The notes beneath the pieces were generated by a model that saw only the letters and a list, made by a program, of their open reading frames with translations, had not been told where the DNA came from and did no database searches. A stretch of DNA of 64,000 nt from Camelus ferus. Lineage: Eukaryota. A program made the position numbers and the translations under genes. The stretch is from assembly GCF_009834535.1 (NCBI RefSeq), contig NC_045696.1:92382001-92446000 (forward strand), read 5' to 3'. Shown here one piece after another: positions 47,649 through 61,545 of the stretch (its first letter is position 1; each line of letters starts with the position of its first letter).

Positions 47649-50626
47649 GGAGAAATATCATTTTTTAGTCATTAAAAAATTTCTTTTTAATGTCTTTTTC
47701 AAGTCTCCTAGGGAGGTCAATAAAATAAAGTGATCCCTGGAAAAGATTAGAAAAATTTGAAGACTGCACTGCCTCTTCCACAGCACTGCCACAGGCTCTG
47801 TTCACCGCATGACCCTCTCTCCTTCATCCACTTTTGTGGAATAAGTTACCATGATTACTTGGAACCAGGAAGATACTTGACTCTCAAGAACTAACATGGT
47901 TGGGGGTCATGAAGTTCCCTTACGAGGTGTCCTTTCCCCCCAGAAAAAAAAAAGCCCTTGCCATTATCATTGGGTCCCTGGAATCTGGAGGATGAGGCTC
48001 CCTGGGCAGCTGTGTTTATCAGTGCCACCCTCTCTGGCTTGATTTTCCTCCCCATTTGGACCTGAGAGCCCAGCCTCTTCCTCCGATCCCGGCCCAGTGC
48101 CCCCTCAGAGCGTCTTCCTGTAAACATCTCTTGCTGAGCCTACTTCCTTCTCCACTGCTGCTCCACTGGGCAACCTGCCACAGGCCTGGAACCATCTGGG
48201 ATTGTCACATGGATGCAGACGTATTCCTGAGTCTCCTGGAGTCATTCATTTCCTTTGAGTCATTACCACAGAAGTATGAGAAGCATCGAGGTGAGAAAGT
48301 CTGTCGGCCGTGGGTAAATAAACCAACTTATTTTACCATTACTGCATCATCCATCTCAGTCTTCACCGGAGCATAACATGATAGCTAACTCCTGTCTGAA
48401 TGTCTTTTCCACAGCAGTGCTTAACTGATCACCCTGTGTGTGTGGGTGAGCATAGTCCCCAGGGTTATGAAGTTGACGGACTAAGTCCATGGCACTAGGC
48501 CTGAAAGGGATCTGTCTGGACTTTCTGATGAGATCCAGAAGAACCCACCACTGATTGTCCAGACATCCAACTCACTGCATTGATGCCATGTCTAAAAGTA
48601 ATGTCTGCTTGCAAATTCCAAATATTAATCATTGTGGATACTCAACAAATAGGAAAGTAATAATTTGTCAAAAAGCATCAGGCCGTAAGCCAGCCCTGAA
48701 GACAATTTCTAATCATTAATTCATTTTGTGACCCTTCCTCATTCTCCCCGTGATATCGTCCTCTAGAAATAAGAATAAGATGTTAAGAAGTACAGCTTCC
48801 GGTTCTGTGACGTGATTCTTGTCCCTGACTAATCGGTGCTCTTGTTCTTGGCACCTGCTGCACCCCTTTCCTCGCTGCCCACACTCACACCGAGGACCTG
48901 TCTCAGATCTTCCCTCGTAGGACATCAAATACAGCTTGATGGCTCAGACTTTCATTATCCCTCACAGAGGAGTTTTTCTTTCCTTTTTTCTTAATCTTTG
49001 AAATCTCTGCTTTGCATTTGTTCCACCCTGCTTCCTGGACCAAACCTTGTAGAAAAATCATACATGGAGGCAACCACCCACTCGTTTCTCCACCCCATGT
49101 CCTCTTTGAGCAGGTAGAAAATAAAGGGAACTTAAAATGGAAGGGAAGTTTCCAGAAGGGCAGCAAGTAGCCGAGGGAGACTGACAGCAGTCTCCCAGAT
49201 GCACGCACCTGCGGAGGCCAGTCCACAGCTCGCTAACCAGGACACCATGGGGAGAGAAAAAGCACAGAGTCTGGACTCAGAAGACACGGCTTTCAGTTCC
49301 AGTGCTGCTACCTACTCCTGTGATTGTAGGACCGTCTCTGGATGCGGTTTGGTGATGGGTGGGGTGCTGTTTTAGCTGGCATGGCTGCTCCTAGCATAGT
49401 GCCTGCCACGCAGTGTGATCAATAACTGTCTCTCAGATGAGTGGATGAATAATTATAAATGTTGGGCATTATAGCCTCCTGCTTCCCTAGTGCAGGCTGG
49501 ACCAACACTGTCCATCTCCTCTAGCCCTCTGACCTCTAGAAAATTCTGATAGACAGAACCTAGGGGGAACACCAAAATATTCTGTACCACAAATGCAACC
49601 CTGCTCCCTGCATAGAAGGAGGGGAGGGGGGATTATAATCCAGAACAGTGTGAAAACAAAGCATGAAACCTGCAGACATTCAAACTTAGCCTGAAATCTA
49701 TTCCTGATCCAAGAAGAAGGCATGAACAAGATGGTGGGGCTGCTTCACCTTGACAAGAGAATAAACTCTTCAAAATGAATTTTACAGGTTTGCTCACACA
49801 CCAATAAGGAGCATGCTTGTCAGCACCCACTCCCCCTCCACAATATGCTTCATTATGCCTCATTATGGAATTTTCCAGAAATTTTGTGACCTGGTATGGA
49901 ATATTTATATGCCCACGTTCCAGAAAGCATCTGTGTGAACATGAACAGAAATGCATGCAGTCTATATTTTGTTTAAACCATATTTTTGTCAAAACCATAA
50001 CATTTATCAGGAAAAATCTGCACAGTCCATTTTATTCTCAAAAGGTCTGCTCTTATACTAACATTTATTGACTTGGATGTTGGCTTATTAATTAGTATAA
50101 GCATTGACACATGAAGAAGCCCCTCAGAATCTATCTCCCCAAAGAGAGCATTCTTCATCATTCTGAATAAACCCTAAACAAGATACTCATTAGCATGAGT
50201 GCAGTCTATTTCCCTGCCACTGTACCTTTGCACATGCTATTTGTGCTGCCTCCAGTGCTCATCTCAGTCCAACTCCAGTTCAACTTCCACATTCCTTCCA
50301 GAAGTCCTTTCCTGGCTCTTGCCTCAATTTCCAATCTAAACTGTGTCTCTTCTGTGTACTATTAATATCATGCACACTCTGATTATGACACTTATCACCT
50401 CTAAATGTTATTGTGTACAAATTTACTTCTCCATTTGACCATTTCTTAAAAAATTTTTTTTAAATAAATGAAAAAATTTTCAAGTTTTGAAACATAAAAT
50501 GTATTCCTCTTTTAGCACTGAATACGTGAACAACAGTGGATGATCATTCATGAAGACACGGGCTGGGAGAATACCTGCTTGTTATGCATTTTTTTTCCTG
50601 TGTATTCTTGAAAACCATACATCTGA

Positions 50627-51541
50627 CCTAAACAAGCAATTCTCCAAGGAAGACATACAAATGATCAATAGGCACATGAAAAGATGCTCAATATCACTAA
50701 TTATCAGAGAAATGCAAATCTAAACTATGATGAGGTATCACCTCACACCAGTCAGAATGGCCATCATTCAAAAGTCCACAAATGACAAATGCTGGAGAGG
50801 CTGTGGAGAAAGGGGAACCCTCCTACACTGCTGGTGGGAATGCAGTTTGGTGCAGCCACTGTGGAAAACAGTATGGAGATTTCTCAAAAGACTAGGAATA
50901 GACTTACTATATGACCCAGTCATCCCACTCCTGGGCATATATCCAGAAGGAACCCTACTTCAGGATGACACCTGCACCCCGATGTTCATAGCAGCACTAC
51001 TTTACAATAGCCAAGACATGGAGACAGCCTAAATGTCCATCAACGGATGACTGGATACAGAAGATGTGGTATATTTATACAATGGAATACTACTCAACCA
51101 TAAAAACCGACAACATAATGCCATTTGCAGCAACATAGATGCTCCTGGAGAATGTCATTCTAAGTGAAGTAAGCCAGAAAGAGAAAGAAAATACCTTATG
51201 AGATCACTCATATGTGGAGCCTAAAACAAAAACAAAACAAAAACAAAAACAAAAACATAAATACAAAACAGAAATAGACTCATAGACATAGAATACAAAC
51301 TTGGGGTTGCCAAGGGGGCAGAGGGTGGGAAGGGATAGACGGGATTTCAAAATTGTAGAATAGATAAACAAGATAATACTGTATAGCACAGGGAAAGGTA
51401 CACAAGATCTTATGGTAGCTCACAGAGAAAAAAATGTGACAATGAATATATATATGTTCATGTATGACTGAAAAATTGTGCTGTACACTGGAATTTGATA
51501 CAACATTGTAAAATGATTATAAATCAATAAAAAAAATTTTA
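50627..51541 (+). mobile_element. Young 5'-truncated L1 (ORF2 C-terminus and 3' UTR)
   Basis: [44 protein letters not shown] at 51526-51531. TSD AAAA(C/G)CATACATCTGA at 50611-50626 and 51542-51557. Confidence 0.97.
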
Positions 51542-52862
51542 AAAAGCATACATCTGAAATAAACACTCCAGAGCTGAGATTTCTTGTTAAGTCCCATTAG
51601 TTGTCACTTCCAATTGGTAGGAGTGAGTGAGGCTTCACTATGGAAACTCTGGCTTGCCTTGTGTGTATAGCATGTCTCTAAATAGTAAGAGTGCTGGCTA
51701 ATTAGTGCCCATTGTGGGAACAGGGCAGGTGGTCAGAACACAGGCTCCTCGGACAGCTGACTTACCCAGAATTAACATTTTGTTCTTTTTGCTCACAGCA
51801 TGGAATTCAGCTCATCATCAGCATGGGCAAGTATTTTTTTCTCTTCCTTATTAACATGAACACTCATAACACACTCAGAGTACAACACAGGAACACCTCT
51901 CTCTATCTCTCTCTGAGTTGTCAGAGATGTTCTTAGCCAAATGTGTTAATGACTCAGAAGGGGCGTTTGGAAATTTAAAAGCTCTTAATGAACAGACTTT
52001 CTGCTCCCCCCTAACCAACGCCCCTCCTAATCTCTCAAGACGTTGATATTTTTAACTGCACACTGCTCCAGCTGTGCTTCGGAGAAAGCCAAGCTGAGGC
52101 AGAGATGCAGCCCTATTCACAGGATAGAGAGCAAGTCCTGGGGAGCACTTCGGTGAGAGAGGACATCAGCAAGGGCAGGCATCAGAGAGGAGTCCCACAC
52201 ACTTCTCAAAGAGGAGAGGTGTTCCAAAGGTCAAGTTGGACCAGGAAACCCTAAGGAATAGGAAGTCATGATGATCAACCCTGTTCCCATGCTGAAGGTT
52301 GCAAGACAGGACACTCCCAGACCTGATCAAAGAACTGGTCAAGGATTCAGTATGGCAGGTCTAAGGAAACTGGGAGTTTTGCCAACTGGTATTAGACAAA
52401 AATCTTAGAGGCCATTATACCTTCTAACCTAAGCCAGACCTCCAAGCTAACAATCCGTCCTTACTCTGATACACAACTCTTGGTCTGTGTTATTTTAAAA
52501 CTTTGGCCCTAAAGAGCAAATTCCAAGGCCAAAAGAAACTAACTGGTTTGGGAATTTCTTTTTCTCTTTGTCGCTCTTCTTGGTACCTGTTTTAATCTCA
52601 TTTCACCAAATAAAATTGTTTGATCTGCTCTCATTCTCTCGTTGCTAAGTAGAAATGGTTCTGGTTGTCAAACATTCCTAAAGTGAGCCTGAATCATCCT
52701 GTGAACGGCACCCTTGGGGTTGTGCACTGGGAAGACTTGCTTGAATAAAACCAAGAAAGCCATCTAAGCATTTCCCTTCCCCAGTTTGCCTTTTTAGTCA
52801 TTTTCACATGAGCGTAGTTAACACAGGCTCTGTTTTTCTACCAGTCTTAAAAGACAGTGTTC

Positions 52863-53669
52863 CAAAACTACAATAAGCTATCACCTCACACCAGTCAGAA
52901 TGAACATTATTAAAAAGACCACAAATGATAAATGCTGGAGAGGGTGTGGAAAAAAGGGAGCCCTCCTACATTGTTGTTGAGAATGTAGTTTGGTGCAGCC
53001 GTTATGGAAAACAGTATAGAGAATGCTCAAAGACTAAAAATAGACCTACCATATGATCCAGCAATCCCACTCCTGGGTATATATCCAGAGAAAACTTTAA
53101 TTTGAAAAGACACATGCACCCCAATGTTCACTGCAGCACTATTTACAATAGCCAAGACATGGAAACAAAAGATGACTGGATGAAGAAGTGGTGGTATATT
53201 TATACAAAGGAATACTACTCAGCCATTAAAAAGAACAAAATAATACCATTTGCAGCAACATGGATGGACCTGGAGTTTGTCATTCTAAGTGAAGTAAGTC
53301 AGAAAGAGAAAGAAAAATACCATATGATAATCACTTACATGTGGAATCTAAAAAATAAGACAAAATGAACTTATTTACAAAACAGAAACAGACTTACAGA
53401 TATAGAAAACAAACTTATGGTTACCAAGGGGGGAAGGGATAAACTGGGAGTTCAAGATTTGCAGATACTGACTAATATATATAAAACAGATACACGAGTT
53501 CATACTGTGTAGCACAGGGGACTACAGTCAATATCTTGTCATAACCTATGGTGAAAAAGAAAATGAAAACAAACATGTATGTTCATGTATGACTGAAGCA
53601 TTATGTTGTACCTGAGAAATTGACACATTGTAGACTGACTATACTTCAATAAAAATATATATATACAAA
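52863..53669 (+). mobile_element. 5'-truncated L1, intermediate-age subfamily
   Basis: ATCACCTCACACCAGTCAGAATG start, PFAATWMDLEFVILSEVSQKEKEKYHM, and a 3' UTR distinct from the youngest copies. TSD AAAAGACAGTGTTCCA (52849-52864) and AAAAGACAATGTTTCA (53670-53685). Confidence 0.95.
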
Positions 53670-53747
53670 AAAAGACAATGTTTCATGTACTTGCAAAGTG
53701 CATTAGGTTTGTATTATGTTTAATTTTTTAATTTCTGCAATAAATAT

Positions 53748-54178
53748 GTATCACTTGGGGTCCCCACAGAAAACAGATGGCACACTCAAATTAGTCATTT
53801 CAAACCAGGTTTAGCTGTCCAGGTGTAGAATTATAAAGGACACTGTAGTAATTCAGGGAGCAGCAGCAGAGAGGAGGGAGTGCTTGCCAGAACTGGGTTG
53901 GAAAGTCATATAGAGAAGGCTGTCATGAGTTCATTGTCCAAGGATTCACAACCTTGACAATCAAGGGATACAGTCAGCCTAAGGTGATCCCCTGCAGGCA
54001 AAGAGTCAATAATTCCCCAGCCTCACTTTCCTCCCCCACTGCTGGGGCTTCCCATTGGCCAAACCAGATGGTAAGGGCTCCAACATAAGCCATACAAGTC
54101 TGACGCCAGGGTGCAGAGAGCAGGGTGGAGAAATAGAGACAGTAGATCTGGGAAAGCAAACAGGAGATAACTGGCACA
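53748..54178 (-). mobile_element. ERVL LTR, LTR33-like
   Basis: CAGAAAACAGATGGCACACTCAAATT...CCCATTGGCCAAACC...AGAGCAGGGTGGAGA...GATCTGGGAAAGCAAACAGGAGATAACTGGCACA. Confidence 0.7.
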
Positions 54179-54534
54179 AATAGAAGATTTGTAGAAGCTT
54201 CATTTTAAAGAATTAAAATTTAATACTTTTATTCACCTCAAGCAGCTGTAAGTTTGCAGTTTAGATTTCTTCATTCCCATCCCCTTCCAGGGACTGACAG
54301 CATCAGGCTTTGCAATTTCTTTTAATATGCTCCTTGGAAACTCAATAAAAAATAGAAATTCCTGAAGGTTTTCCTTGGGTGAGTCTTTTGTTTTTATGGA
54401 CACATTTTTTCCCCCATCCTTTGACCAAGAAATAAGATATAAGAGGACTGAAATCTAAAACTATCAGAGTGAAACTTTGTTGTTCACATAACCACGCATA
54501 CAATGATTAGATAAAACTATAATTCTCTTTCCTC

Positions 54535-55720
54535 ACGTTTTTTCAAACATTTATTAAGCAACTACTATGCCCCAAGTGCACTGCAGTACAAAGACAAAAA
54601 CAAACAAACCTTACCTATCTTGGCTTCATCAAAAAAGATGGCAGGTAGGTAGGTAGGTAGCTATTTTTTTGTTGGTCTTTGGTTCACAAGCAAGGGGTAG
54701 TTCAGAAGGTAGGACTGGCTTCAGGCTGGGTCTGATTTGGGACTCACTAATGTTTTCAGGCTCCTTCTCTCAGCTCTTCCTCCTCATAGTGCTTGTTTGG
54801 ATGCTCAGGAAGGGTCTCTTTGTGGGAGAAGGATAGTTACAAGAATTTAAGCCTCACACCCTCTCACCACCAAACCCAGAAGAGAAGTGATGCCTGTGAA
54901 GTTCCGGGATCACTCTGATTGCTCAGGCTTACGTCATCCTTGAGCCAATCTGTGGAGCCAGGAAAATGAGATACTCTGATCAACTAAGGTCAGTGAGAGT
55001 CCATCATTTGGACTGCATGTAGAGCCAATGCAACCCCAACATCCTGACAACAGAGAAGGGACAGATTCTCAGTCAACAATCTGAGGGCTGTTGGCAGAAG
55101 AAAGGGGCAATGAATACCAGGGAATTAACCGTCACAAAATAAAGATTGTGCAAAGATGCTCCAGAAATAAAAAGAAGGGAGTAACCAACTCTCCTAAAGG
55201 GCTGGGTGATGTTTTACCTGATTCTTAAAGGAGGCATAGGATAGGATGGTGCATGATAAGGTAGTGAAGGGGAGGAGAGGATCCTGGCAAATAAAACAGC
55301 ACATGTAAATGTACAGAGGCATGAAAGAATGTGGTGTGTGCTGGAAGCAGTGGGACCTTCAGCGTGGCTGTGTTAAGGGGCCTGGGGAACGGCAAAGATG
55401 TTTGGCACCACTTACGTAACACTAAGGATTTCAGGCCTTATCCTTAAAGGCAGTAAAGCATTTAGTCAGGGGGGTGACAAGGTCCTTATTTAGAAAGACC
55501 ACGCAGAGCAGGCAGTCTAGGGGGAGGGGCTTAGAGGAGGCCTGAGTCTAAAAGTTAAGAGGGCTGTTCAGGGGCCACTGAGTTCAGAGGCAAGAGATGG
55601 TACCTCAATGGAGAGCACGGAGAGGGCGGTTTGGATATAAGTTAGCTGCTGGAATCAGTTGGACCTGGTGAGCAATGTTAAGAGGGGAGGAGATGAGAAT
55701 GGCTGTTTACCTGGGTGCTG
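54535..55720 (-). mobile_element. L2 interrupted by an MLT1K-like LTR (about 54660-55130)
   Basis: CAAACATTTATTAAGCAACTACTATGCC (L2 terminus), then GGACTGGCTTCAGGC...CTCTGATTG...GGGCTGTTGGCAGAAGAAAGGGG (MLT1K-like). L2 resumes at ACAGCACATGTAAATGTACAGAGGCATGAAAG. Confidence 0.65.
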
Positions 55721-57254
55721 GCAAGGATATTCCATCTGATTCCGGGTGTTTTTACTTACTCTCGTATTTTTCATGCAAATTCACTTCTACATTTATTAAT
55801 AACATCAACTTCTATTATAGGCAAAGCTTCTAGTGCTCAGTCTACACACGCAAAGCCAAGTGGGGAAGTGGAATAACTGCAGGTGAAATTCAATCTGTAA
55901 AATACTTTGGCTTGCAATAACCAAAAATTCATACCAAAGTGGATTTTTAATTGTTTTTAAAATTATTAAACTGAATAATGAGTACAGATATAAAACCAAT
56001 ACAGCTCAATTTACAAAATTAAGCTTAAGAAATCAGCTTTGGAATGTTGCCTTCTCCTTAAAACATTCTTTCTAAGAATCCCTTATCTACCCCAGAATTA
56101 GGAAAGAGAAGAGGAAGAAGGCTTTGTTATGATTATCTTTTTTTAAAGTGATTTACAAAAATCACTTCAATATGTAATCATCAATTGCCTGGGCATTTAA
56201 GAGACATTTAATTTTGGTTTTGTACATATTGGCTATTTCATTGAAATGTTTTCTGTTTTGTCTGAATACTGCAATATAAAAACTTAAGAAAATGAATTGA
56301 CACCTGTTTCAAGATTATCAGCCTCACTGCCCAATTAGCTTGTCCTTATTTCTACTAAAATGGGTAGGAGTAGGGAATTTATGTCAGTTCTAGACTGAGG
56401 CAACTGTGTCTTCTACATGCTAACAGCCTTGAGAATGTCTGTAAGATCTAATACATGCAAAAGCAGATTTTTAAAAGAGTTGACCAAACCTGGTGTCATG
56501 ACCTAAAAAGGAATTGTCCATCTGGGAAGTAAGTAGTGGGACCCTGAGGTGAACTTCTATAAGTGGCGGGAGCTAGAGACAAGGAGAGCCACGCAGCCAC
56601 CAGTAGGAGAGCTAATTTCCATCTTCGTCTACCTGGGGGTAGGTGTCTCCTGAAAACGCAGTTACATGTGATGGTTGGAAAGAGGGGCATGCTAACTTCT
56701 GAATGCAACAATAAGAATCTGAAAACAAACTTGTTTGGACAAGTGAAGCTTTTGACTTCATAGCTGCGTTCAACAACAGTGACGTCCCACTGACAACTTG
56801 GTTTCTCCTCTCACCCTTAGCCCAGACCTGAAATATTGGAGAAGGACCCAGTAAGTTCAGGACGGACCTGCCTACAATTCCAGCAATGAATGAAAAGTTC
56901 CCCCTGAAAATATGAACAGAAAAAAATCATGAAATATGTGTGGAATCACAGAAGTTTGAAAGAGGATTTGAAGAATCAAAGCCAATGTTTGTTCTATGAA
57001 AGACATTTGCTGAAAAGATGGAGAATAAACTTTAGAAATCCTTCATTTTTAATTTCAGTAAGATTTAAAAGACATTGTATTTAATAAAAAGAAAGAAACT
57101 GGATTAGAAAAAGTACTTTCAGATAAAAACTAAAATTACTGAATTTAAGAATACATTATTGGCACCAACTAGGCTATTGAGTACTGCAGGAAAACAAACC
57201 ATGACTTGAAGGCAGTGTCAAGAAACTCCCAAGAATAAAGTTGCATTTGTTAAG

Positions 57255-57475
57255 AATTCATAAGTTCTTAGCATTCTGCCAAGGACTATGAACATGCATT
57301 AATATATTTCATCCTTATAGCATCCTTATTTCAAACAAGTATTATTATTATTCACATTTTATAGTTGAGGGAAATGGCCCACAGGAAGGTTATGTCACCC
57401 AGCAACAAGCACACCATTAGTGGTGCAGGCTGGATACGGCTTTTAACCCAATGCTATTTTAATCTATAGCCCCTG
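57255..57475 (-). mobile_element. MIR SINE
   Basis: TATTATTATTATTCACATTTTATAGTTGAGGGAAATGGCCCACAGGAAGGTTATGTCACCC. Confidence 0.7.
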
Positions 57476-57535
57476 CTCTAGTTTCAGATCATCAAAAAAT
57501 GGAAGGCGTTTCCTACTATCTAAATTATTCTAGAC

Positions 57536-57752
57536 CAAGAGTCAGCAAACTCTTTCTATAAAGGACCAGAGAGCAAATATTTTCAATTTTGTGGCCCACA
57601 CAGTCTCTGTTGCAACTACTCAACTCTGCTATTGTACTGGGAAAGCAGCCGCAGATAATATACTTATGGGTGGTCATAAATGTCTCCCAGCAGAACTTTA
57701 CAAAAGCAAGCAATGGGGCAGATTTGGCCGGTGGGCCATAGTTTGACCCCTA
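57536..57752. mobile_element. MER58A (hAT-Charlie)
   Basis: CAAGAGTCAGCAAACT...GTCTCTGTTGCAACTACTCAACTCTGC...GATTTGGCCGGTGGGCCATAGTTTGACCCCT. 8-bp TSD TTCTAGAC/TTCCAGAG. Confidence 0.9.
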
Positions 57753-57769
57753 TTCCAGAGCATATAAAG

Positions 57770-60440
57770 ATGAAAAGACAATCATTTTTTATGAAGCTAT
57801 CACAGAACTAATACCAAAGTGAGTGAAAGAAAATGCAAAAAATTAACATGGTCTCATTTATGAGTATAGAGAAACAAATATACATGAAAGTTTTGCAAAT
57901 TGAAACTAGTAGCAAGTAAACAACCGTTACACAGTGACCAAATGGAGTTTACTTCAGTAGTATAAGAAGGTCCAACTTTAAAAATCTGCTATTATAATTA
58001 ATAATATAAATAAATAAAACATGATTAGTTCTTCAGAAGGTTTTTCAGAATTCAACATCCATTTCTAATTAAAAAAAAAAGAAAAACCTTGGTAAAGTAG
58101 GACTAACAATATTATCTTAATATGATAAATAATATCTATGCAAAAAATGTTGGCATTGTAAAATGACTTACATACTAAAGACATCTTTGTGAAAATAAAA
58201 ATAAGATAAAGATAGCCTTCCCCAACACTGTTCTTTAATATTACCCTGAGAGTTCTAGCTAACTTAAAGTGGACAGAAAAATAAATTAAAAGGTAGGAAC
58301 CAAAATTATAATAATTTGTAGTGATATAATTGTTACAAGAACTCATAAGAATAAAGTAAAAAAACAAGTTAGGAATTTCAGTCTCTGATCTGGCATGTGA
58401 GGAGCTTGGAAGTCATCACTCCGTCTGAACAAAAAATAAAATGCTGAACAACTGAAAATCAACAATTCTTCTTCCATATATGAGAGAACTGAGGTCCCAG
58501 GGCAGACGCTGCCCCCAAATTGGAGACAGACAGGCAAATACGGAGAATCACACTTACTGAAGCACAAACCCAGGAGCAAAAATCTCTGTGGGAACCAATG
58601 CCAGGGTAAGAGGACTGTGTGGAAAACTCTGAGAATTAAAAACTCAGGGAGGGAGGCTCTGTGATGGGGACATCCATGTTTTTGTTAGTTTTACCTCCTG
58701 GAGTTCTACCAAATTCTCACAGTGAAGATCAGAGAAAAGGAGAAAATTCCTTCCTGCTTCTCTCAGGACAGGGGAAAAGAAACCACTTTGATAAGTGCCA
58801 GAGTATCCTGTTCAACAAGATCTGTCCTCAAAACTAATTTATCGGAGACTATCTTTTTATGGGGTTTTATTAGAGCATAACTGATCAGGAGGAAGATACC
58901 CATCTCCAGTTCCTTTCAGGCACCAGAAGGGTTAAAAAAGAAAAAAGTCTTTCAGCAGAAAAAAACAACAAAGGAAACCTAGTTCCACACAAAGGAATGA
59001 TAAGCATCAGAAATGATAACCACACACATAGTTTGTAGGTAAACATAAAGATTTTTACTTAGTACTTAAATCTTTTAAAAAGACAACTGACTGGTTAAAA
59101 TAAAAATAATAGCAACATATCATAGGTTTTATAATATATGCAAAAGTAAATTGTCTGAGAACAATTGTACAAAGACTGGGAGCTAAGAAACGGAAGTATG
59201 CTTTGTAAGGTTCTTGTACCAAATGTGAAGTGGTATATTATGTGAAGGTTTGACTGAAGTAAATTAAAGATGTATATTAAAAACCCTAAAGCAACCACTA
59301 AAATAATAAACAGTTATAGCTGATAAACCAAAAATGAAGAAAAATGGAACCATAAAAAATACTCAATCCAAAAAGAATTAAAAGGGAACATAGAACAGAT
59401 GAGACAAACAGAAAACAAATACAGTGATGATAGATGTAAATCCAACCATATTTATAATCCCATTAAATGCAAATGGTCTAAACAATTCAATTAAAAATAA
59501 GAGCAGAGATTGTCAAATTGGATAAAAAAGCAAGGCCCAACTGTATGCCATTTATCAGAGACCTACTTTAAAATTTAAAGACACAAATAAGTTAAACTAA
59601 AAGGATTGTAAAAGATATACCATCATAATACTAATCTAAAGAAAGATGGACTATGTTGATAGAGCAGATTTCATAGCTCATTTCATATTGATAAAAGGGT
59701 CAATTCATCATGAGCCATAACAAAACTAAGTATTTATATACTTAAAAATAGAGCTTCAAAATGCATGAAACAAAAACTAATAGAATTGTAAAGAAAAAAT
59801 AGAAAAAAAATCCACATTAAATTTGGAGAATTTATTACCTTTCTTTATAATCAATAAAACAAAGAGATAGAAAATCTGTAAAGATATAGAAGATTTGAAT
59901 AACATTAACAACCAACTTGTCATAATCCACAAATTCTACCTTAGAACAGAACACACATTCTTTTCAAGTAGTTTATGAAACACTTACCAAGAGAGATCAT
60001 ATTCTGCACTATAAAAAAAAGTCCAAATAAACTTTTTAAAAATTCAAATCATATGAAATATATTCTCTAATCCCCTTGGAATTATACTAGAAATTAATAA
60101 CATGAAGATCTCTAGAAAATCCTCAAAGACATGTACCAGAAGGCTAATGACAACTCAAAAATACCCATCAAAAGGTGAATAAATAAACAAATAGCACTAT
60201 AGCCATACAATGGGGTACTATTTAGCAATAAAAAGAATGAACTTGTGCTACCCACAACAGAGATGAATCTCAAAATAATTTTGTTGAGTCAAAGAAGCCA
60301 GACTATAAAAAAGTGCATACTGTATGATTCCATTTATATGAAGTTTTAGAAAATTCAAACTAATTTGAAGTGACAGAAGGCAGATCAGTGATTGCCTGGT
60401 GATGAAGAAAAGGGATATGGAGGTACATGCCAAGGGAATG
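57770..60440 (+). mobile_element. Stack of old L1 fragments (L1M/L1MC/L1MD-like 5' UTR, endonuclease-region ORF2 and 3' UTR pieces)
   Basis: GGAGCTTGGAAGTCATCACTCCGTC (old L1 5' UTR), CATTAAATGCAAATGGTCTAAAC...CAGAGATTGTCAAATTGGATAAAAAAGCAAGGCCCAACTGTATGC (ORF2 endonuclease start), ATACTGTATGATTCCATTTATATGAAG (3' UTR). Confidence 0.8.
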
Positions 60441-61369
60441 AAGCTCTAACTGTAAATTAGCCCACTGGAGAGACAGACATTTGGAGAATCAGAGTTCTTT
60501 TCCTTCCCACCAAATTTCATTTCCTGAGTCTGGGAGGCTCACATCAGTCAGCACCTGGGATTGTGATTTTGGCTCTTTTTGTGCATAGAGATAGTACTAA
60601 ATGAGGCAGGAGAAACACATGGAAATCAGGGAAAACAAAAATGCAACAAAAGCAAATGTAGTGAACAGCCAGTAATTATTTATTTAAGTTTCTGTCTGTG
60701 GGATAAGGAAGATTTATAACTGTAAGAGTCTGGGTGCATTTTTTGTCAACCTCTGACTGAGACCGTTCCTCACTTATAATAATTGGATTATGTGTCTCTA
60801 AATTGGATTCACAAAAAAACGAACAAAAAACATGGGGGTTACATATAGGTTTTACTAACGGAAGCAGCCACTGTAAAGAACAAAGATGAAAGAGGATTTA
60901 ATAACTCAAGAAAGCAGTCCCAAGAAATGCTTTTCAATTGAAACTCAGCCCCTATGCAGGAACAGTGCCTCTGGTCTGCAAAGCAAATTGGCACTGAGAA
61001 GAGAGTGCAGTTTCTTTGCAAAGATTGAGGCACTAGGTTCGCTGATGACAGATCACAAAATCTTAGGGTGTTGACGTTTGAAAACCACAGAACTCCTATA
61101 AGGCTGCTGCCAGGACAGGGCAGACCCTCACTAGACTAGCTGTCGCCATGAGGCCTTTTGTGCATGTTCTTGATATGATGCTCTGAGGTTCCTGCTCTGT
61201 GATCTAACCATTTGGTATTTGCTTGTTTCTACAAGTGAATTACAAGTGAATTCATCTCTTTCTCAAATCTCTAACCAGTGCAGAAATTTTCAAGTTATGA
61301 GCCTCTGCACCTGCATTTTTGAGGAGGCGTGCCTTTATACTACACCTCTCTCCTATGTGTATTAATTAT

Positions 61370-61545
61370 TAAAAACCATTTTCAAAGTGCTATCCTACTT
61401 CATAGGCATCACCTTAGTCGGCCCTCACACAACCCTGTGAGTTCACACAGCCGGTGTTACTGTTTACATTTTGCGATGAAGCATCAGGCTGAGGGAGGGT
61501 TGGTGGTTTGCCTTCAGTCTCAAAAGGAGCTGGCAGGCACCTAAT
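61370..61545 (-). mobile_element. MIR SINE
   Basis: CCTCACACAACCCTGTGAG...CATTTTGCGATGAAGCATCAGGCTGAGGGAGGGTTGGTGGTTTGCC. Confidence 0.65.
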
